Source: Nemertoderma westbladi (Eukaryota; Animalia; Xenacoelomorpha). Taken from it: DNA of 64,000 nucleotides. Positions 31,601 through 46,241 of this stretch are shown in pieces. The stretch spans positions 26,889-90,888 of the forward strand of contig JAUCBJ010008122.1 in assembly GCA_032718475.1 (NCBI GenBank). The letters run 5' to 3'. Positions within the stretch are counted from its first letter, which is position 1; the number at the start of each line of letters is the position of its first letter. The notes beneath the pieces were generated by a model that saw only the letters and a program-made list of their open reading frames with translations, did not search any database and was not told the DNA's origin. The translations under genes and the position numbers were made by a program.

Positions 31601-34600
31601 TAAATCAGCGTTTTGGACTTACGCGGTTTTAAATCAGCGTTTTGGACTTACATGGTTTTAAATCAGCGATTTGGACTTACACCGTTTTAAATATCAGCGT
31701 TTTGGACTTACGCGGTTTTAAATCAGCGTTTTGGACCTACACGGTTTTAAATATCAGCATTTTGGACTTACACGGCTTTAAATCAGCGTTTTGGACTTAC
31801 ACGGTTTTAAATATGCGATTTGGACTTACACGGTTTTAAATATCAGCGTTTTGGACTTACGTGGTTTTAAATCAGCGTTTTGGACTTACACGGTTTTAAA
31901 TCAGCGATTTGGACTTACACGGTTATAAATATCAGCGTTTTGGACTTACACGGTTTTAAATCAGGATTTTAGACTTACACGGTTTTAAATCAGCGATTTG
32001 GACTTACATGGTTTTAAATATCAGCGTTTTGGACTTACACGGTTTTAAATCAGCGTTTTGGACTTACACGGTTTTAAATCAGCGTTTTGGACTTACACGG
32101 TTTTAAATCAGCGTTTTGGACTTACACGGTTTTAAATCAGCGATTTGGACTTACACGGTTTTAAATATCAGCGTTTTGGACTTACGCGGTTTTAAATCAG
32201 CGTTTTGGACTTACACGGTTTTAAATCAGCGTTTTGGACTTACACGGTTTTAAATCAGGGTTTTGGACTTACACGGTTTTAAATCAGTGTTTTGGAGTTA
32301 CACGGTTTTAAATCAGCGTTTTGGACTTACATGGTTTTAAATCAGCGATTTGGACTTACACCGTTTTAAATATCAGCGTTTTGGACTTACGCGGTTTTAA
32401 ATCAGCGTTTTGGACTTACACGGTTTTAAATATCAGCGTTTTGGACTTACACGGTTTTAAATCAGCGTTTTGGACTTACACGGTTTTAAATCAGCGTTTT
32501 GGACTTACATGGTTTTAAATATCAGCGTTTTGGACTTACGCGGTTTTAAATCAGCGTTTTGGACTTACACGGTTTTAAATCAGCGTTTTTGACTTACACG
32601 GTTTTAAATCAGCGTTTTGGACTTACACGGTTTTAAATCAGCGTTTTGGACTTACACGGTTTTAAATCAGCGTTTTGGACTTACACAGTTTTAAATATCA
32701 GCATTTTGGACTTACACGGTTTCAAATATCAGCATTTTGGACTTACACGGTTTTAAATATCAGCGTTTTGGACTTAAACGGTTTTAAATCAGCGATTTGG
32801 ACTTACATGGTTTTAAATCAGCGATTTGGACTTACATGGTTTTAAATATCAGCGTTTTGGACTTACGCGGTTTTAAATCAGCGTTTTGGACTTACGCGGT
32901 TTTAAATCAGCGTTTTGGACTTACACGGTTTTAAATCAGCGTTTTGGACTTACGCGGTTTTAAATCAGCGTTTTAGACTTTCATGGTTTTAAATCAGCGA
33001 TTTGGACTTACACGGTTTTAAATATCAGCATTTTGGACTTACACGGTTTTAAATCAGCGATTTGGACTTACACGGTTTTAAATATCAGTGTTTTGGATTT
33101 ACGCGGTTTTAAATCAGCGTTTTGGACTTACACAGTTTTAAATCAGCGTTTTGGACTTACACGGTTTTAAATCAGCGTTTTGGACTTACACGGTTTTAAA
33201 TCAGCGATTTGGACTTACACGGTTTTAAATATCAGCGTTTTGGATTTACGCGGTTTTAAATCAGCGTTTTGGACTTACACGGTTTTAAATCAGCGTTTTG
33301 GACTTACACGGTTTTAAATCAGGGTTTTGGACTTACACGGTTTTAAATCAGCGTTTTGGACTTACACGGTTTTAAATCAGCGATTTGGACTTACACGGTT
33401 TTAAATATCAGCGTTTTGGACTTACGCGGTTTTAAATCAGCGTTTTGGACTTACACGGTTTTAAATCAGCGATTTGGACTTACACGGTTTTAAATCAGCG
33501 TTTTGGACTTACACGGTTTTAAATCAGCGTTTTGGACTTACACGGTTTTAAATCAGCGATTTGGACTTACACGGTTTTAAATATCAGCGTTTTGGACTTA
33601 CATGGTTTTAGATCAGCGTTTTGGACTTACACGGTTTTAAATCAGCGATTTGGACTTACACGGTTTTAAATATCAGCGTTTTGGACTTACGCGGTTTTAA
33701 ATCAGCGTTTTGGACTTACACGGTTTTAAATCAGCGTTTTGGACTTACACGGTTTTAAATCAGCGTTTTGGACTTACACGGTTTTAAATCAGCGTTTTGG
33801 ACTTACACGGTTTTAAATCAGCGTTTTGGACTTACGCGGTTTTAAATCAGCGTTTTGGACTTACATGGTTTTAAATCAGCGATTTGGACTTACACCGTTT
33901 TAAATATCAGCGTTTTGGACTTACGCGGTTTTAAATCAGCGTTTTGGACTTACACGGTTTTAAATATCAGCATTTTGGACTTACACGGCTTTAAATCAGC
34001 GTTTTGGACTTACACGGTTTTAAATATGCGATTTGGACTTACACGGTTTTAAATATCAGCGTTTTGGACTTACGTGGTTTTAAATCAGCGTTTTGGACTT
34101 ACACGGTTTTAAATCAGCGATTTGGACTTACACGGTTTTAAATATCAGCGTTTTGGACTTACACGGTTTTAAATCAGGATTTTAGACTTACACGGTTTTA
34201 AATCAGCGATTTGGACTTACATGGTTTTAAATATCAGCGTTTTGGACTTACACGGTTTTAAATCAGCGTTTTGGACTTACACGGTTTTAAATCAGCGTTT
34301 TGGACTTACACGGTTTTAAATCAGCGTTTTGGACTTACACGGTTTTAAATCAGCGATTTGGACTTACACGGTTTTAAATATCAGCGTTTTGGACTTACGC
34401 GGTTTTAAATCAGCGTTTTGGACTTACACGGTTTTAAATCAGCGTTTTGGACTTACACGGTTTTAAATCAGGGTTTTGGACTTACACGGTTTTAAATCAG
34501 TGTTTTGGAGTTACACGGTTTTAAATCAGCGATTTGGACTTACACGGTTTTAAATATCAGCATTTTGGACTTACGCGGTTTTAAATCAGCGTTTTGGACT

Positions 34601-37600
34601 TACACGGTTTTAAATATCAGCATTTTGGACTTACACGGTTTTAAATCAGCGATTAGGACTTACACGGTTTTAAATCAGCGATATGGACTTACATGGTTTT
34701 AAATATCAGCGTTTTGGACTTACGCGGTTTTAAATCAGCGTTTTGGACTTACACGGTTTTAAATCAGCGATTTGGACTTACACGGTTTTAAATATCAGCG
34801 TTTTGGACTTACGCGGTTTTAAATCAGCGTTTTGGACTTACACGGTTTTAAATCAGCGTTTTGGACTTACACGGTTTTAAATCAGGGTTTTGGACAATAT
34901 CAGCATTTTGGACTTACACGGTTTTAAATCAGCGATTTGGACTTACACGGTTTTAAATCAGCGATATGGACTTACACGGTTTTAAATATCAGCGTTTTGG
35001 ACTTACGCGGTTTTAAATCAGCGTTTTGGACTTACGCGGTTTTAAATCAGCGTTTTGGACTTACACGGTTTTAAATCAGCGATTTGGACTTACACGGTTT
35101 TAAATCAGCGTTTTGGACTTACACGGTTTTAAATCAGCGTTTTGGACTTACACGGTTTTAAATCAGCGATTTGGACTTACACGGTTTTAAATATCAGCGT
35201 TTTGGACTTACATGGTTTTAGATCAGCGTTTTGGACTTACACGGTTTTAAATCAGCGATTTGGACTTACACGGTTTTAAATATCAGCGTTTTGGACTTAC
35301 GCGGTTTTAAATCAGCGTTTTGGACTTACACGGTTTTAAATCAGCGTTTTGGACTTACACGGTTTTAAATCAGCGTTTTGGACTTACACGGTTTTAAATC
35401 AGCGTTTTGGACTTACACGGTTTTAAATCAGCGTTTTGGACTTACGCGGTTTTAAATCAGCGTTTTGGACTTACATGGTTTTAAATCAGCGATTTGGACT
35501 TACACCGTTTTAAATATCAGCGTTTTGGACTTACGCGGTTTTAAATCAGCGTTTTGGACTTACACGGTTTTAAATATCAGCATTTTGGACTTACACGGCT
35601 TTAATTCAGCGTTTTGGACTTACACGGTTTTAAATATGCGATTTGGACTTACACGGTTTTAAATATCAGCGTTTTGGACTTACGTGGTTTTAAATCAGCG
35701 TTTTGGACTTACACGGTTTTAAATCAGCGATTTGGACTTACACGGTTTTAAATATCAGCGTTTTGGACTTACACGGTTTTAAATCAGGATTTTAGACTTA
35801 CACGGTTTTAAATCAGCGATTTGGACTTACATGGTTTTAAATATCAGCGTTTTGGACTTACACGGTTTTAAATCAGCGTTTTGGACTTACACGGTTTTAA
35901 ATCAGCGTTTTGGACTTACACGGTTTTAAATCAGCGTTTTGGACTTACACGGTTTTAAATCAGCGATTTGGACTTACACGGTTTTAAATATCAGCGTTTT
36001 GGACTTACGCGGTTTTAAATCAGCGTTTTGGACTTACACGGTTTTAAATCAGCGTTTTGGACTTACACGGTTTTAAATCAGGGTTTTGGACTTACACGGT
36101 TTTAAATCAGTGTTTTGGAGTTACACGGTTTTAAATCAGCGATTTGGACTTACACGGTTTTAAATATCAGCATTTTGGACTTACGCGGTTTTAAATCAGC
36201 GTTTTGGACTTACACGGTTTTAAATATCAGCATTTTGGACTTACACGGTTTTAAATCAGCGATTAGGACTTACACGGTTTTAAATCAGCGATATGGACTT
36301 ACATGGTTTTAAATATCAGCGTTTTGGACTTACGCGGTTTTAAATCAGCGTTTTGGACTTACACGGTTTTAAATCAGCGATTTGGACTTACACGGTTTTA
36401 AATATCAGCGTTTTGGACTTACGCGGTTTTAAATCAGCGTTTTGGACTTACACGGTTTTAAATCAGCGTTTTGGACTTACACGGTTTTAAATCAGGGTTT
36501 TGGACAATATCAGCATTTTGGACTTACACGGTTTTAAATCAGCGATTTGGACTTACACGGTTTTAAATCAGCGATATGGACTTACACGGTTTTAAATATC
36601 AGCGTTTTGGACTTACGCGGTTTTAAATCAGCGTTTTGGACTTACACGGTTTTAAATCAGCGATTTGGACTTACACGGTTTTAAATATCAGCGTTTTGGA
36701 CTTACGCGGTTTTAAATCAGCGTTTTGGACTTACACGGTTTTAAATCAGCGTTTTGGACTTACACGGTTTTAAATTAGGGTTTTGGACTTACACGGTTTT
36801 AAATCAGTGTTTTGGACTTACACGGTTTTAAATCAGCGATTTGGACTTACACGGTTTTAAATATCAGCGTTTTGGACTTACGCGGTTTTAAATCAGCGTT
36901 TTGGACTTACACGGTTTTAAATCAGCGCTTTGGACTTACACGGTTTTAAATATCAGCGTTTTGGACTTACGCGGTTTTAAATCAGCGTTTTGGACTTACA
37001 CAGTTTTAAATCAGCGTTTTGGACTTACACGGTTTTAAATCAGCGTTTTGGACTTACACGGTTTTAAATCAGCGTTTTGGACTTACATGGTTTTAAATCA
37101 GCGATTTGAACTTACACGGTTTTAAATATCAGCGTTTTGGACTTACACGGTTTTAAATCAGCGTTTTGGACTTACACGGTTTTAAATCAGCGTTTTGGAC
37201 TTACACGGTTTTAAATCAGCGTTTTGGACTTACACGGTTTTAAATCAGCGATTTGGACTTACACGGTTTTAAATATCAGCGTTTTGGACTTACGCGGTTT
37301 TAAATCAGCGTTTTGGACTTACACGGTTTTAAATCAGCGTTTTGGACTTACACGGTTTTAAATCAGGGTTTTGGACTTACACGGTTTTAAATCAGTGTTT
37401 TGGAGTTACACGGTTTTAAATCAGCGATTTGGACTTACACGGTTTTAAATATCAGCATTTTGGACTTACGCGGTTTTAAATCAGCGTTTTGGACTTACAC
37501 GGTTTTAAATATCAGCATTTTGGACTTACACGGTTTTAAATCAGCGATTAGGACTTACACGGTTTTAAATCAGCGATATGGACTTACATGGTTTTAAATA

Positions 37601-40600
37601 TCAGCGTTTTGGACTTACGCGGTTTTAAATCAGCGTTTTGGACTTACACGGTTTTAAATCAGCGATTTGGACTTACACGGTTTTAAATATCAGCGTTTTG
37701 GACTTACGCGGTTTTAAATCAGCGTTTTGGACTTACACGGTTTTAAATCAGCGTTTTGGACTTACACGGTTTTAAATCAGGGTTTTGGACAATATCAGCA
37801 TTTTGGACTTACACGGTTTTAAATCAGCGATTTGGACTTACACGGTTTTAAATCAGCGATATGGACTTACACGGTTTTAAATATCAGCGTTTTGGACTTA
37901 CGCGGTTTTAAATCAGCGTTTTGGACTTACACGGTTTTAAATCAGCGATTTGGACTTACACGGTTTTAAATATCAGCGTTTTGGACTTACGCGGTTTTAA
38001 ATCAGCGTTTTGGACTTACACGGTTTTAAATCAGCGTTTTGGACTTACACGGTTTTAAATTAGGGTTTTGGACTTACACGGTTTTAAATCAGTGTTTTGG
38101 ACTTACACGGTTTTAAATCAGCGATTTGGACTTACACGGTTTTAAATATCAGCGTTTTGGACTTACGCGGTTTTAAATCAGCGTTTTGGACTTACACGGT
38201 TTTAAATCAGCGCTTTGGACTTACACGGTTTTAAATATCAGCGTTTTGGACTTACGCGGTTTTAAATCAGCGTTTTGGACTTACACAGTTTTAAATCAGC
38301 GTTTTGGACTTACACGGTTTTAAATCAGCGTTTTGGACTTACACGGTTTTAAATCAGCGTTTTGGACTTACATGGTTTTAAATCAGCGATTTGAACTTAC
38401 ACGGTTTTAAATATCAGCGTTTTGGACTTACGCAGTTTTAAATCAGCGTTTTGGACTTACACGGTTTTAAATATCAGCATTTTGGACTTACACGGTTTTT
38501 AAATCAGCGTTTTGGACTTACACGGTTTTAAATCAGCGATTTGGACTTACACGGTTTTAAATATCAGCGTTTTGGACTTACGCGGTTTTAAATCAGCGTT
38601 TTGGACTTACACGGTTTTAAATCAGCGATTTGGACTTACACGGTTTTAAATATCAGCGTTTTGGACTTACACGGTTTTAAATCAGCGTTTTAGACTTACA
38701 CGGTTTTAAATCAGCGATTTGGACTTACACGGTTTTAAATATCAGCGTTTTGGACTTACGCGGTTTTAAATCAGCGTTTTGGACTTACACGGTTTTAAAT
38801 CAGCGTTTTGGACTTACACGGTTTTAAATCAGCGTTTTGGACTTACACGGTTTTAAATCAGCGATTTGGACTTACACGGTTTTAAATATCAGCGTTTTGG
38901 ACTTACGCGGTTTTAAATCAGCGTTTTGGACTTACACGGTTTTAAATCAGCGTTTTGGACTTACACGGTTTTAAATCAGGGTTTTGGACTTACACGGTTT
39001 TAAATCAGTGTTTTGGACTTACACGGTTTTAAATCAGCGATTTGGACTTACACGGTTTTAAATATCAGCGTTTTGGACTTACGCGGTTTTAAATCAGCGT
39101 TTTGGACTTACACGGTTTTAAATCAGCGATTTGGACTTACACGGTTTTAAATATCAGCGTTTTGGACTTACACGGTTTTAAATCAGCGTTTTGGACTTAC
39201 ACGGTTTTAAATCAGCGATTTGGACTTACACGGTTTTAAATCAGCGATTTGGACTTACACGGTTTTAAATATCAGCGTTTTGGACTTACACGGTTTTAAA
39301 TCAGCGTTTTGGACTTACACGGTTTTAAATCAGCGATTTGGACTTACACGGTTTTAAATCAGCGTTTTGGACTTACACGGTTTTAAATCAGGGTTTTGGA
39401 CTTACACGATCTTAAATATCAGCGTTTTGGACTTACACGGTTTTAAATCAGCGTTTTGGACTTACACGGTTTTAAATCAGCGATTTGGACTTACACGGTT
39501 TCAAATCAGCGTTTTGGACTTACACGGTTTTAAATCAGCGTTTTGGACTTACAGTGTTTTAAATATCAGCGTTTTGGACTTACGCGGTTTTAAATCAGCG
39601 TTTTGGACTTACACGGTTTTAAATCAGCGCTTTGGACTTACACGGTTTTAAATATCAGCGTTTTGGACTTACGCGGTTTTAAATCAGCGTTTTGGACTTA
39701 CACAGTTTTAAATCAGCGTTTTGGACTTACACGGTTTTAAATCAGCGTTTTGGACTTACACGGTTTTAAATCAGCGTTTTGGACTTACATGGTTTTAAAT
39801 CAGCGATTTGAACTTACACGGTTTTAAATATCAGCGTTTTGGACTTACACGGTTTTAAATCAGCGTTTTGGACTTACACGGTTTTAAATCAGCGTTTTGG
39901 ACTTACACGGTTTTAAATCAGCGTTTTGGACTTACACGGTTTTAAATCAGCGATTTGGACTTACACGGTTTTAAATATCAGCGTTTTGGACTTACGCGGT
40001 TTTAAATCAGCGTTTTGGACTTACACGGTTTTAAATCAGCGTTTTGGACTTACACGGTTTTAAATCAGGGTTTTGGACTTACACGGTTTTAAATCAGTGT
40101 TTTGGAGTTACACGGTTTTAAATCAGCGATTTGGACTTACACGGTTTTAAATATCAGCATTTTGGACTTACGCGGTTTTAAATCAGCGTTTTGGACTTAC
40201 ACGGTTTTAAATATCAGCATTTTGGACTTACACGGTTTTAAATCAGCGATTAGGACTTACACGGTTTTAAATCAGCGATATGGACTTACATGGTTTTAAA
40301 TATCAGCGTTTTGGACTTACGCGGTTTTAAATCAGCGTTTTGGACTTACACGGTTTTAAATCAGCGATTTGGACTTACACGGTTTTAAATATCAGCGTTT
40401 TGGACTTACGCGGTTTTAAATCAGCGTTTTGGACTTACACGGTTTTAAATCAGCGTTTTGGACTTACACGGTTTTAAATCAGGGTTTTGGACAATATCAG
40501 CATTTTGGACTTACACGGTTTTAAATCAGCGATTTGGACTTACACGGTTTTAAATCAGCGATATGGACTTACACGGTTTTAAATATCAGCGTTTTGGACT

Positions 40601-42701
40601 TACGCGGTTTTAAATCAGCGTTTTGGACTTACACGGTTTTAAATCAGCGATTTGGACTTACACGGTTTTAAATATCAGCGTTTTGGACTTACGCGGTTTT
40701 AAATCAGCGTTTTGGACTTACACGGTTTTAAATCAGCGTTTTGGACTTACACGGTTTTAAATTAGGGTTTTGGACTTACACGGTTTTAAATCAGTGTTTT
40801 GGACTTACACGGTTTTAAATCAGCGATTTGGACTTACACGGTTTTAAATATCAGCGTTTTGGACTTACGCGGTTTTAAATCAGCGTTTTGGACTTACACG
40901 GTTTTAAATCAGCGCTTTGGACTTACACGGTTTTAAATATCAGCGTTTTGGACTTACGCGGTTTTAAATCAGCGTTTTGGACTTACACAGTTTTAAATCA
41001 GCGTTTTGGACTTACACGGTTTTAAATCAGCGTTTTGGACTTACACGGTTTTAAATCAGCGTTTTGGACTTACATGGTTTTAAATCAGCGATTTGAACTT
41101 ACACGGTTTTAAATATCAGCGTTTTGGACTTACGCAGTTTTAAATCAGCGTTTTGGACTTACACGGTTTTAAATATCAGCATTTTGGACTTACACGGTTT
41201 TTAAATCAGCGTTTTGGACTTACACGGTTTTAAATCAGCGATTTGGACTTACACGGTTTTAAATATCAGCGTTTTGGACTTACGCGGTTTTAAATCAGCG
41301 TTTTGGACTTACACGGTTTTAAATCAGCGATTTGGACTTACACGGTTTTAAATATCAGCGTTTTGGACTTACACGGTTTTAAATCAGCGTTTTAGACTTA
41401 CACGGTTTTAAATCAGCGATTTGGACTTACACGGTTTTAAATATCAGCGTTTTGGACTTACGCGGTTTTAAATCAGCGTTTTGGACTTACACGGTTTTAA
41501 ATCAGCGTTTTGGACTTACACGGTTTTAAATCAGCGTTTTGGACTTACACGGTTTTAAATCAGCGATTTGGACTTACACGGTTTTAAATATCAGCGTTTT
41601 GGACTTACGCGGTTTTAAATCAGCGTTTTGGACTTACACGGTTTTAAATCAGCGTTTTGGACTTACACGGTTTTAAATCAGGGTTTTGGACTTACACGGT
41701 TTTAAATCAGTGTTTTGGACTTACACGGTTTTAAATCAGCGATTTGGACTTACACGGTTTTAAATATCAGCGTTTTGGACTTACGCGGTTTTAAATCAGC
41801 GTTTTGGACTTACACGGTTTTAAATCAGCGATTTGGACTTACACGGTTTTAAATATCAGCGTTTTGGACTTACACGGTTTTAAATCAGCGTTTTGGACTT
41901 ACACGGTTTTAAATCAGCGATTTGGACTTACACGGTTTTAAATCAGCGATTTGGACTTACACGGTTTTAAATATCAGCGTTTTGGACTTACACGGTTTTA
42001 AATCAGCGTTTTGGACTTACACGGTTTTAAATCAGCGATTTGGACTTACACGGTTTTAAATCAGCGTTTTGGACTTACACGGTTTTAAATCAGGGTTTTG
42101 GACTTACACGATCTTAAATATCAGCGTTTTGGACTTACACGGTTTTAAATCAGCGTTTTGGACTTACACGGTTTTAAATCAGCGATTTGGACTTACACGG
42201 TTTCAAATCAGCGTTTTGGACTTACACGGTTTTAAATCAGCGTTTTGGACTTACAGTGTTTTAAATATCAGCGTTTTGGACTTACATGGTTTTAAATCAG
42301 CGTTTTGGACTTACACGGTTTTAAATCAGCGTTTTGGACTTACACGGTTTTAAATCAGGGTTTTGGACTTACACGATTTTAAATATCAGCGTTTTGGACT
42401 TACACGGTTTTAAATCAGCGTTTTGGACTTACACGGTTTTAAATCAGCGTTTTGGACTTACACGGTTTTAAATATCAGCGTTTTGGACTTACATGGTTTT
42501 AAATCAGCGTTTTGGACTTACACGGTTTTAAATCAGGGTTTTGGACTTACACGATTTTAAATATCAGCGTTTTGGACTTACACGGTTTTAAATATCATCT
42601 TATTTGCTATTCGAGTATTCGTTAATCAAATACTTTGTTTTGTTGGCTGATTTGTCAACTTCATGTTTTTGGACTTACACGGTTTTAGAACTGAGGTAAC
42701 G
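25672..42701. mobile_element. TIR-bounded non-autonomous DNA element inflated to 17 kb by an internal satellite
   Basis: 25672-25713 CGCTACCTCAGTTCTAAAACCGTGTAATTCAAAAATCTTGAA versus reverse complement of 42660-42701 CGTTACCTCAGTTCTAAAACCGTGTAAGTCCAAAAACATGAA (37/42). Flanks CAAT and CAAC are a possible degraded 4-bp TSD. Confidence 0.8.
25870..42597 (+). repeat. Satellite array, 29-bp monomer GGACTTACACGGTTTTAAATCAGCGTTTT with a 31-bp (+AT) variant, roughly 570 copies
   Basis: Continuous head-to-tail repeat over 16.7 kb with recurring single-base variants. Copy number estimated as length divided by ~29.5. Confidence 0.98.
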
Positions 42702-43161
42702 CAACGGATCTACAAAAACTCAACACCGCCAACAACTTGGGTAACGCTAGACTTTGCTCATTTGGAAATAAAGTAAGGAAAGGATGATATAGTAATATTT
42801 ATTTTCAAGTCGGCGTGAAATCAATGATGACGGGCTATGTGGTGAAATAAAGTGACAGTATCCTTTCAGTATTATTGTACCGTATTCTACAGTAAGTCAT
42901 TCATCAAATACAGTAAGTCATTGAACAGTGAGGCAACAGAACAGTAAGCCATTCATCACAGATTCAGAGAGCACAAGCTACAGTACATAGAGGTCGTAAC
43001 CGGTACCATACCGCGTACGGTACCGGTGCAGTTCATTATGTCGCTACCTACGAATGAATAAGCTGCCTTCAGCCTTAGGCTTATCACTTTCAGGATCTCG
43101 TTTAATATTTCACTCACTCGCTTACGCTCGATCGTTGAAATATTCCCACACGAGCCGGAGT

Positions 43162-43440
43162 GAAATACAGTGCTACGTGTACTTTATATAAAGCGATTAT
43201 GTACAGAGTTAATAAATAAGTATTGGTTAAAATCATATTATATTGAATATTTCTAATTTTTTTATGCAGCATTTTTTTAATTTTGATTTTATCACAGGAC
43301 AATACAAGAAATACAGTGCTACTTTTATATAAATGGAATATTATACAGTAGTTAAAAAAGTATTTGTTAAAATTATACAGTATGATATTGAATATTTCTA
43401 ATTTTATGCGGCATTTTTTTAATTTTGGTTGTTTCCCAGA
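43162..43440 (+). repeat. Diverged ~146-bp tandem duplication
   Basis: GAAATACAGTGCTAC...TATTGAATATTTCTAATTTT occurs at 43162 and 43308. Confidence 0.75.
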
Positions 43441-43517
43441 AAACTAAGTTTATTATATGCTATTGTTACCATTTAATTATATTGTATTTAGGATAAAATT
43501 AAAGCCAGTGAGATATA

Positions 43518-43717
43518 CAGTACAGGCCACCAGAAAACGCAGATTTGTACAATTGTGAACACATTTTATCAAATGTGTACCAGTGTAATGTAATGTTGTT
43601 GAACGGGACAATTGAACATAATTGAACATAATTGAATTGGCAACAACTAAAATTTTTTCGCCAAAGTCACATGTGATCACATTGGATGAAATCTGCTTTT
43701 TCTGGTGGCCTGTACTG
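43518..43717. mobile_element. Tc1/mariner-type MITE, 200 bp, TA TSD
   Basis: TA|CAGTACAGGCCACCAGAAAA...TTTTCTGGTGGCCTGTACTG|TA, with the inverted match extending about 40 bp. Confidence 0.9.
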
Positions 43718-44699
43718 TATTATATTTCATGAGCCACTATTGTCGCGACTGAAGCTTATATAGAACGTTTGTGAATTGCGTAACGTTATATTATCTTACA
43801 TTAATTCATTTGATAATATTATAGTGATTTAGGCGTCATATATTTATGTTAATATTTTTGATTATTTAGTTGAATTATTTCCATAAAGTATCTTCCATTG
43901 ATTTATTATATTTATTTATTTTGAAGTTAAATGTATTTTATAGAATGTGTATTTATTAGGGAATATTTGATTTAATGTTTGGTGAGTTTCTAGTGGTATT
44001 TAGCAGTAGGCCCTAATATTATTGCTTGGTGTACGCTTGCTTGCCTTCGTAATTATTGCGTTAGTTGAGTAGAGATTATTTGGGGTTGTAGGTGTAGCCT
44101 CTGTTGGTTGTATAGGAGTAATCCGGGGGCCAATGTTTTCCTTCTGAGAGAGGGGTGGGTATATTGGATTGCCTTTGTGGTGTGATTAGTGTTTGCTTGC
44201 ATTCGGTTGTATTATACTCTATTGTCGTAAAGGTCAAACGTGCCTATAACAGCCGAATTTACGCTTCAAGGGTCTGACGCTGCCTTCAAAAGTAAAACAA
44301 AGCACATTCCAGAACCAATCAAGATAGCCTGAAACAAAGTAACGCCTGTACAATAGGAATTGTATCAATCAGATGTTGCTAAACAACTGATGGACTTGGG
44401 TAATGCATTCAACATTTCGAATAATAACTGGACAGTTTCTACTTTAACTGAGTATGTTGAACGAATTCAAATGGTAATTAACAATTATTGTGCAGCTCTC
44501 CACCTACCCCCATTAAAGGTCAGACGCCAGACTAAGAATTAGATCGGTTGAACTACACGACAGATCTAAAACTTGCAAACAGCTTCATAATTTGAGGTTG
44601 AAAAACAACAAAAGTAATTCATGCATATACGGGGGCAATCATATAAACGCGATCTATACGCAGGATGGGGAACTGGTTGGTTAAATAAATTGTTGCCAG

Positions 44700-46241
44700 T
44701 AACATAAGAAAGAAGGCCAGCTATATGCACACAAACCCAAGGAAGTTTTGGTCCACCTTCAATGCAAAGCGCTCCAGTATCCCTTCACCAGCAGCTTACA
44801 TCGCAATTGAACCCGATCTGGTCTCAAACAATATTCAAGATGCCTCCTTTGATGAGTCCATTAATCAGATCGTGAATGACCTCAGAGTTTTACAGAACAA
44901 TGCAACCCTTCCTATTATTTCACCAGAAACAATCAGAAAAGCAATTTCTAGTTTGGGTAAAGGCAAATCTCCAGACGCATACTCGCTTGTAGTTGAACAC
45001 TTTTTACTTCTAGACTGCGATCTGATCTGTCGAACTATGGCTGATGTTATTAATATGTGTTTCAAATTAGGTGAAGTTCCACCTTGTTTCGGTAAAACTA
45101 TTGTAAACATGCTTGTACAAGGGCAAAGAAAGGGATCCACTGCTAAGCAAGTCCTATCTCCTCTGTTAGTATTTTTGGTAAGATCTTCGAATCTGTATTA
45201 CTCCACGAATTCATCCAAATTGCTGAAAACATCCCTAGCTCACAGTTTGCATACCGTCGAAAAATCGGGACAGATGTAATAATCAGTGGTGTTCTAGAAT
45301 TCCTTGAAGCACAACGAAAAAAGGGAACCAGTGTCTTCATATGTCAACTAGATATGTCGGGGGCTTTTAACAATGTAGAACTTAGTATACTCTTTAGAAG
45401 ATTAATGAATTATATCAACCCTCACATATTTTACAGTTTAGCTTTGTTGTCTTATTATATGCAAAATGTCGCTCATCTGAAATTTGGTGGTCTCATTAAC
45501 GACCATGGAATCAAGCTCATTGGAGGATTAAAACAAGGATCTTTGCTATCTCCGAATTTCTACACCAAGGGCGTGTTGGAGAAACTGAAAGAATCTGGTT
45601 TTGGAAAAAATCTTACCGATCTGTGGTTGGGATTTGTTGCATACGCTGATGACCTTCTAATCTGTGCAAGATCTGTTGCTGAGCTCGAGGTCATTACAGG
45701 TATAGTTATCGACAAACTGCAAGAATCAAAACTGGGAGTGGAGGACAGCAAAACTCGATGGAACTACTATCTTGGAAGCGGCTGTTTAAAATTTACTTCA
45801 AAAAACTACTTTTCTGAATATCGGGGGTACCTTGATCCCGCCTCACCCGAAACTGAACTTCCTTGGCTTCACATTACCGACTGGTCACGGCAACCACCTT
45901 CTGGAGTGTATCCAGTGTGTTTATCGTGCTTCCGATATTTTTCATCGCCGCTTCGCCATCGTCATTTGGACTGTGATACCGTCGGATTTCTTTGGCGCAT
46001 GATAGGAATACCATCTATCACCTACTCATTTCGGTTCTTGGCGGGATCACTTAGTAAAGTCGAAACCCGTAAATTAGAGATTGAGTATCGGAAGGCCCTG
46101 CGGGGTCTCATACTGGTCGGCCCCTACGTTAACAACCAGATCATTTACAATCTACTTGGGTCCCGCCCTCTACACAATGTGGTATACAAACAGTGCATAG
46201 GTACCATACTAAGAGTAACTCGGGATCCCAAGATAATATAG
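44700..46241 (+). pseudogene. Decayed non-LTR retrotransposon RT (RTE-X/L2-like), frameshifted
   Basis: NPRKFWS and IRKAISSLGKGKSPD in one frame, a frameshift near 45130-45150, then QFAYRR, LDMSGAFNNV, GLKQGSLLSPNFY and AYADDLLI. Confidence 0.85.

Noticed and set aside
25870-42597. CRISPR-like array of ~29-bp repeats, and the repeated 65-94 aa ORFs (MDLHGFKSAFW...)
   Set aside because: Monomers are head-to-tail with no unique spacers, there are no cas genes and the context is eukaryotic. The ORFs are TTG-started by-products of 29/31-bp phasing.
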